From: Verrucomicrobiales bacterium
GTDB taxonomy: Bacteria; Verrucomicrobiota; Verrucomicrobiia; Verrucomicrobiales; Verrucomicrobiaceae
Length of the DNA stretch: 55,939 bases
Reading direction: 5' to 3'
Assembly: GCA_020439875.1 (NCBI GenBank)
Contig: JAGRPD010000009.1
Location: forward strand, 1-55,939
The notes below the pieces were generated by a model. It ran no database searches and was not told the origin of the DNA. It saw nothing but the letters and a program-made list of their open reading frames with translations. Position numbers and translations under genes: made by a program. Of this stretch, positions 21,701 through 28,073 are shown one piece after another; the stretch's first letter is position 1, and each line of letters opens with the position of its first letter.

Positions 21701-24700
21701 GTAAGAGCGCATGCCCACACACCCCACCGCATCCGTAGCGATGATCGTGAACGTGCTGCTCTGCTCGGTCAGAGGAATGCCCGAGATCTCACCCGTCACC
21801 GGAGACAAATTCAAGCCGTCTGGCAAACTCCCTGCGAACGAGAACGCATACGGCGCGCTACCTCCCACTGCGGTCATGCTCTGCGAGTAAGCAATCGCGA
21901 CTTGTCCATTGGCCAACGTCGGCGGTCCCACCGTGATCGCCCCGCAGGTAAGAAATCCAAAATCGATGGTCGATTCGACGTTGCCTGAACCAGCGGTCCC
22001 AGGCTCCGCATTGGGTGTGAGAGTAAATGCAAACGAGGTGGACGGTGAACCCGCACCACCCGATTGAGTGCCGTCATTGTTATTCTCCGTGCCATCATCG
22101 ATCCCCACCACCGTGGAAGCCATATCGGGCTGCCCCATCGATGGTAGCGCACGCAGTTTGTAGCTGCCGCCATCGTAAACTCGGAAACCGTAAGCTCCGG
22201 CTCCATCCGTCGTCGTGGTAGCCAGCACGGCCTCTGTCGATCCATCCAATAACTGCACGGTCACACTGGAGATTCCAGTCTCCAACGAGACATCGTACAC
22301 CCCATTGTTGTTCGAATCTTCGAAGACCAAATCTCCCACAATGATTCCGCTAAACAATCCAAAGTCGATGCTGAGATCGGTATTGGGACTGGAATCACCG
22401 TCATCCGTCGGCTCCGCCCCCGGGTTGAGATGAACCACGGGGCTGAAGAGCGCCGTGCCCACCCCACCAGGTTGCAGGCCGTTGTTATCTTGGTTCTGCT
22501 GATTGTCCTCAGGATCCGGTTGGCCGCTCGTCTTCCAAATTGCCCCACCTGGTGTGACCTTGACCACATAGAGTCCCGCTGGCAGATCATCAAAACGATA
22601 CGTGCCATTGGCATCGGTCGTGGTCGTCGTCCCACCCGCATAGGGCATGTCGTCAGCGTTCCCCGGTGTGTCATCGACGGAAGTGTAAAGCTCGACGGTC
22701 AAATTCGACAATCCAGACTCCCCAGCGTCGCGCATGCCATCGTTATCCAGGTCATTCCACACCAGATCACCCAGAGAGAGACCCTGGATCGTGAGGTTCA
22801 AATTGAAAACACCCACGCAATGATTGGCGTCAATGCTGGTGATTTGGAAATTGAAAACTCCGAGCGCCGTGGGATTACCAGACAACACACCGCTGGATGT
22901 ATCGAGCGTCAGACCCGGCGGCAGCGAACCCGATGTGAGATGATAGGTATAAGGTGCCACACCTCCGGTTCCCTGAATGCGTTGACCATAGTTTCCGCCG
23001 AGGAATCCCGTTGGCAGGACTCCGGTGAGCGGAGTCGGAGGCGGGCAGGAGGGATTGAGGATGCTCAACAGCCGGGGATGGTCCGAATAGCATCCCACGG
23101 CATCCGTGACGCGCAGGGTGAGGGCAAACATTCCGGATTGCATCGGCGTTCCCGTGACGTCGCCCATGGCATCTAAGGTGAGCCCCATCGGCAACGCACC
23201 TCCCACCACCGAGAAACTGTACGGAGAGAGACCTCCACCGCCCGCAAGGGTGGCCAGGTAGGGCTGATTCAACGTGCCGTTTGGAAGGGAAGACGGACTC
23301 AGCGTGAGAGGTGAGCAAACCGCGGGATCGATGATCAGGCTGTAGGACCTGGAGCCCGAGCATCCGTTGGCATCGACCGCGTAGATCGCCACATTGAAGG
23401 TGCCGTTTTGCAGAGGCGTGCCCTCCAGTTTTTGTGTCCCCGTGTTCAACGTGAGACCATTCGGCAAACCGGCTGCGGTGTAGCTGTAGGGCGCTGTTCC
23501 ACCGCTGGTCGAGAAGGCAGTCGGCTGCACATAGGGCACGCCTTGATCTCCCGATGGCAAACTGGCGGGACTCAAGGTGAGTGCACCGCAAGACACGGGA
23601 TTGATCGTGATCGGATAAGACGCCGAAACCAAACATCCATTGGCGTCTTGAGCCGAAATCAACACATTGAAAGCCCCATTCACGCTGGGTGTGCCAGTGA
23701 TCTTCAAGGTGCCCGTATTCAAAGAAAGACCCGTCGGCAGACCCGCCGCACTCCAACCCGAATAGGGAGTGCTCCCGCCCGAAATTGAGAAAGGTGTCGG
23801 CTGGCTGTAGGCTACCCCTTGAGTCCCACCTGGAAGCGAACCCGGAGCCAGTGTCATCACGGGACATTGCACCAGCAAGGGATAGGATCGACTGCCCACA
23901 CAACCCGATGCATCCGACGCTGTGATCACCACATTGAAGGAACCCGAAGTGGTCGGTGTACCCACCAGCTTCTTCGTACCTGAATCCAGGCTCATCCCAG
24001 CGGGCAACCCACTCGCCGTCCAAGTATAAGTTCCGCTTCCCCCGCTCGCCGAAAACGCTGTACCTTGAATATAACTCACCCCCTGCTGAGCATCAGCCAG
24101 ACTGCTGGGCGAAACCGAAATCGTGCCGCATGCAATGCTCAATGCATAGACCCGACTGCCACTGCAACCATTGGCATCCGTCACGTTCACGGTGACACTG
24201 AAGCTGCCTGACTGCATCGGAGTTCCCGACAGCTTTTGGGTGCTGCTATTCATCGACATGCCGGTAGGCAAACCACTGGCAGACCACGAAAACGGAGCCG
24301 TTCCCGCCGAGGCCGTAAACGCCACCGGCTGATTGTAGGTCACCCCCTGCTGCCCAGCGGGCACCGATGCTGGATCAATGCTGATCGATGGACAGGCAAT
24401 GACCAAAGTGTAAGTTTTGGTGCCGACACAACCCCATGCATCGGTCGCGCTGATGGAGATCGGGAAACTCCCTGATGCAGTCGGGATTCCTTGAAGACGC
24501 AAGGTGGATGTGTTGAGACTCAAGCCCGAGGGCAGACCTGATGCCGCCCAGCTCAAGGAGCCAGATCCCCCCGATGCCGAAAACGCCACGCCTTGACTGT
24601 AGGCCTGCCCCTGCGTTCCAGAGGGCAGCGAGGCGGGAGTGATCGAAATCGCAGCGCAGGCGATGGTCACATCGTAGGCTCGATATCCCACACAACCGTT

Positions 24701-27700
24701 GGTATCGGTCGCCTCCAAAGTCATTGAAAAGACGCCGGGTTGAGTTGGGGTGCCTGTTAGCTTTAAGGTGGAAGTATTGAGCGCCAGTCCGGGAGGCGCA
24801 TTATAGGCCACCCACGAGTAGGGTGCCGCACCGCCACTCACGCTGAACGCCGTGCTCTGCGTATAGGCTACTCCCATGGTGCCAGGATCGATCGAACTCG
24901 GAGCCAAGGTGAGGCTGGGGCAAGACGGTGGGTTCACGGTTAGACTGTAAACTCGTGACACCGAGCAACCCACGGCATCCGTCGCTTGAACAGTGACCGC
25001 AAACGTGCCCGTCCCACTTGGCGCTCCTTGCAGCTTCAATGTCGCCCCATTCAAACTCATGCCAGCAGGCAACCCCGACGCACTCCAACTGTAGGGAGTG
25101 GTGCCGCCGGATGCCGAAAACGCCACGGGCTGACTGTAGCTCACGCCTTGGGTTGCGGCAGGAAGGGTCGCTGGGGCCACCGTCATCGATGGGCAGGCAA
25201 TCGTCACCGGATAGACACGCGATCCCGGGCAGCCATAGGCATCCATCACGTTGACCGTCACGGAGAACGAGCCGGAGCTGGTAGGCGTGCCCTGCAACCG
25301 CTGAGTCGCCGCATTGAATGTCAAACCCGGGGGCAAACCCACCGCAGACCAGCTCCACGGTGCCGTGCCACCGGAAACGGAAAAGGCTGTCGGCTGAGTG
25401 TACGCGACACCTTGCTGGCCATTGGGGATTGAACTCGGTGACAGAGTGAAAACGGGGCAATTGACGTCGAGGGCATAGGAGGCCGAACTCTCACAGCCAT
25501 TCGCATCCGTCACGCTCAACGTAAGGGTGTAAGATCCCGCCACCGTGGCAGTGCCAACCAGCATCCTTGTCGAAGAGTTGAAACCCAAGCCCGGGGGCAA
25601 ACCCGAGGCCGAATACGAGTAAGGCGTTGATCCCCCGCTGGCACTGAATGCCGTGCCTTGCGTGTAGGCAGTGCCAACGATCGCGGCGGGCAGGTTGCTG
25701 GGGGCTATTGATAGCGTCGGACAAGCGACCGTCAAATCCACCGTCGTGGTTTCATAACATCCATTCGCATCCACCACATCCACATAAATGGTGAAAGTCC
25801 CCGACTGGGTCGGCGTCCCCACCAGCTTTCGAGTGCCGCTGTTGAAACTCATGCCCGATGGCATCCCCGTCGCACTCCAGGTGTGCGGTGTCGTGCCGCC
25901 TGAAACACTGAAAGCCGTTCCCTGTGAATAGGCCACGCCTTGGGTGGCCGTCGGCACGGATGACGGACTGATGGTCATGTTCGGACAGGCGATCAGCAGC
26001 GTGTAGGAGCGAGAACCGGTGCAGCCGTTGGCATCCACCACATCCATCGTCACCGAAAACGTGCCCGAGCTGGTGGGCGCACCTTGAAGCTTCTTCGTGA
26101 TCGCATTGAGCGACATGCCAGGAGGCAGCCCCGTGGCAGTGAAAACATAGCCACCGCCGCCACCGGACGCACTGAAGGCCGTGGGCTGACTGTAGCTGAC
26201 TCCTTGAGTTCCAGATGGCAAACTGGTCGGACTCAAACTCAAAACCGGGCAGTTGACATTCAACGAGAGATTGAAGGATCCCGAACAACCATTGGTGTCG
26301 GTCACTCCAATCGACACGGTGTAGTTACCCGCCGCCGTTGGCACACCCGTGAGTTTTCGAGTGCTTGAGTTGAAGGACATGCCGGGCGGCAAACCGGATG
26401 CATTGTAGCTGTAGGGGCTACTGCCGCCACTTGCGGAAAAGGCGGTCGGTTGCGAGTAGCTCACGCCTTGCACACCGTCAGGCAGAGAGGTTGGAGCCAG
26501 AGACAGCGTGGGACAATTGACCAAAAAGGCTATGCTCACATTTCCCACGCAACCGTTGAGATCCGCGGCCATCACATCCACCGTATAACTTCCCGCTGCA
26601 GTTGGGATGCCTGTTAGTTTCCGCGTGCTCGAGTTAAAACTCATGCCTGGCGGCACGCCCGAAGCGCTGTAGGTGTAGGGACTGGTTCCTCCCGTCGCGG
26701 CAAAGGCAACCGCCTGATTGTAGCTCACACCCTGCATGGCAGGTGCCAGACTGCTGGGACTCACACTCACCGCAGGGCAGTTGACCGTCAGTGGATAGGT
26801 CTTGCTGCCTGGACATCCGTTGGCATCCGTCACATCCACCACCACGGCATAGGTTCCGGGTGTCGTCGGAGTTCCAGTGAGCTTTCGAGTGCTACTATTG
26901 TATGACAAACCCGGCGGCAGACCCGTCACGGTATAGCTGTAGGGACTTGTACCCCCAGCTGCTGTAAAGGCCGTCGCCTGAACGTAGCTCACCCCCTGCT
27001 GGCCCGCAGCGAGACTACTCGGGCTGATGGAAATGCTATTGCACGGATTGGTGACCGTGATGGTGTAAGTCTTGCTCCCGTCACAGCTTGGGGAGTTGGA
27101 ATCCTGCGCTTCCGCTGTGAACGTGAAACTGCCGCTGCCGGTGGGCGTTCCAGAAATCACCCCACCTGAAGACAGTGTCAATCCAGGCGGCAGGCTGCCC
27201 GATGTCACCGACCACGAATACGGAGCCAATCCCCAAGCAGCTTGCAGAGACGTGGCCGGATAGGCCTGGTTTTGAATTCCCGCAGGCAGCGTGTTGGGAG
27301 TGATAACGAGGGGAAAGCAAGAGTATCCAAAATCCTCGCCCTCATCCCACATGCCGATGTTTCCAGACGGATTTACGGTCCAAGAATTGCCAGACAGCGT
27401 CGCTGCACCATCCGCGAAAGCCCGCAGCCAAGCCCCCATGCGGTAGGGCGTCCAGCCATTGCCTGCCACATTGCCCTGCGCATCCAGCGGGAAGCCGGTC
27501 CCCTTCCAGTTGGAACCGCCCCAGCCATTGATGACATTCACATTCAACGTGAAGGAAAAAGTCTTCTCCGTTCCTGAGGTGGAGACGCCGTAACCCGTCG
27601 TTGCAATCACCGGACCAATCGCGTGCGATGACAACGGATCGTTGTTGTAGGGCGTCACTTTGACGAGGCCGTTCGCCACATAAATCGCAGCATAGTCCGC

Positions 27701-28033
27701 ATCGGAGCTATACGGCACCGGCCCATTGGTAATGGACATCCAGAGCGCTTCGGTATTGTACGTCGTCGTATCCAACGTGACACTCACAGACAAGGTCCCC
27801 GCCGCGACGTTCTCCGTCATGGTCACGGACTTCCACTCGCCCCCATCATTGCTCCCATTCACCCAGCTTGGAGGGCTCGACCAGCTGAAATTCCATACAC
27901 TCGGCGGAGCCTGGCCGCGCAAGGTTGCAGCTCCTGCCAAGCAGCCTACAAGAATCAGCCATACCGCAAACATGCGGCCGTGCATCCACCTCCATCGTGG
28001 TGCTCGTGTTGGGCTGTTATTTGCAGGCTGCAT
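9764..28033 (-). CDS. Giant secreted repeat protein (about 6089 aa): about 26 He_PIG-type Ig-like repeats, 13 SdrD-B-like repeats, 4 GEVED modules, a beta-propeller insert, and a unique C-terminal region
   Basis: Uninterrupted 18.3-kb ORF. The first ATG is at 28033 (MQPANN...[29 protein letters not shown] is signal-like), while the track start at 28060 is a TTG. Stop TAG at 9764-9766 verified. One GEVED motif location was checked at DNA level (GGTGAAGTGGAGGATTAT = reverse complement of 21197-21214). Layout in ORF-track aa numbering: Ig array 249-1758, SdrD-B 1759-2036 and 3503-3790, GEVED 2130-2292 and 2557-3053, propeller 3791-4105, SdrD-B array 4106-5500, unique C-terminal region 5501-6098. 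Confidence 0.9.
   Translation of the reverse strand: [6089 protein letters not shown]
9767..11560 (-). other. Non-repetitive C-terminal region of the 6089-aa protein (about 600 aa), carrying an acidic [21 protein letters not shown] motif
   Basis: aa 5501-6098 do not match the upstream repeat types. Contains a Cys cluster (DCQCTC), a thrombospondin-type-3/dockerin-like acidic motif, and a C-terminal segment of about 330 aa ending LVPLPWSP. Confidence 0.6.
11561..15745 (-). repeat. Array of 9 SdrD-B-like repeats of about 155 aa each (protein-level tandem repeat)
   Basis: Recurrent G(N/D)LV(F/Y)xDxNGNGxxDxGE(G)VxGVxVELY ... TDxxGxYxFxxLxPGxYxVHIP ... GDDDVGxDGVD ... NVDLT(V/I)DFGF. Counted in the translation at aa 4106-5500. 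Confidence 0.75.
15746..16690 (-). other. Beta-propeller-like insert (NHL/SBBP-like blades) inside the giant protein
   Basis: aa about 3791-4105. Blade-like motifs [79 protein letters not shown]. Confidence 0.55.
18902..20392 (-). repeat. Three consecutive GEVED-motif modules in the 6089-aa protein
   Basis: Modules end in [33 protein letters not shown]. Each starts with D(Y)GD(Y/W) and has an acidic GDD..G.DDEDGV cluster. A fourth module lies at 21185-21673 ([11 protein letters not shown]). Confidence 0.75.
22787..27316 (-). repeat. Array of 17 consecutive He_PIG / dystroglycan-cadherin-like Ig repeats of about 88 aa each
   Basis: Consensus CPxxS(I/L)[80 protein letters not shown](V/I)x. 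1510 aa / 17 = 88.8 aa per unit. Confidence 0.8.
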
Positions 28034-28073
28034 GAAGATACGTTTTCGATTCTTGATCAAGTGGGTTCCATTC

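Noticed and set aside
22787-27316. Regular tandem periodicity (about 265 nt) that might be mistaken for a CRISPR or satellite array
   Set aside because: The periodicity lies inside one long ORF and reflects 88-aa protein domains. There are no short identical direct repeats with unique spacers.
28034-28060. TTG at 28060 as the start of the 6-kaa gene, and the idea that the two giant ORFs are one gene split by a frameshift
   Set aside because: The first ATG (28033) precedes a signal-like N-terminus. The two ORFs are in different frames. The upstream ORF ends with a verified TGA, and the downstream product has its own N-terminal hydrophobic segment. A sequencing error cannot be fully excluded.
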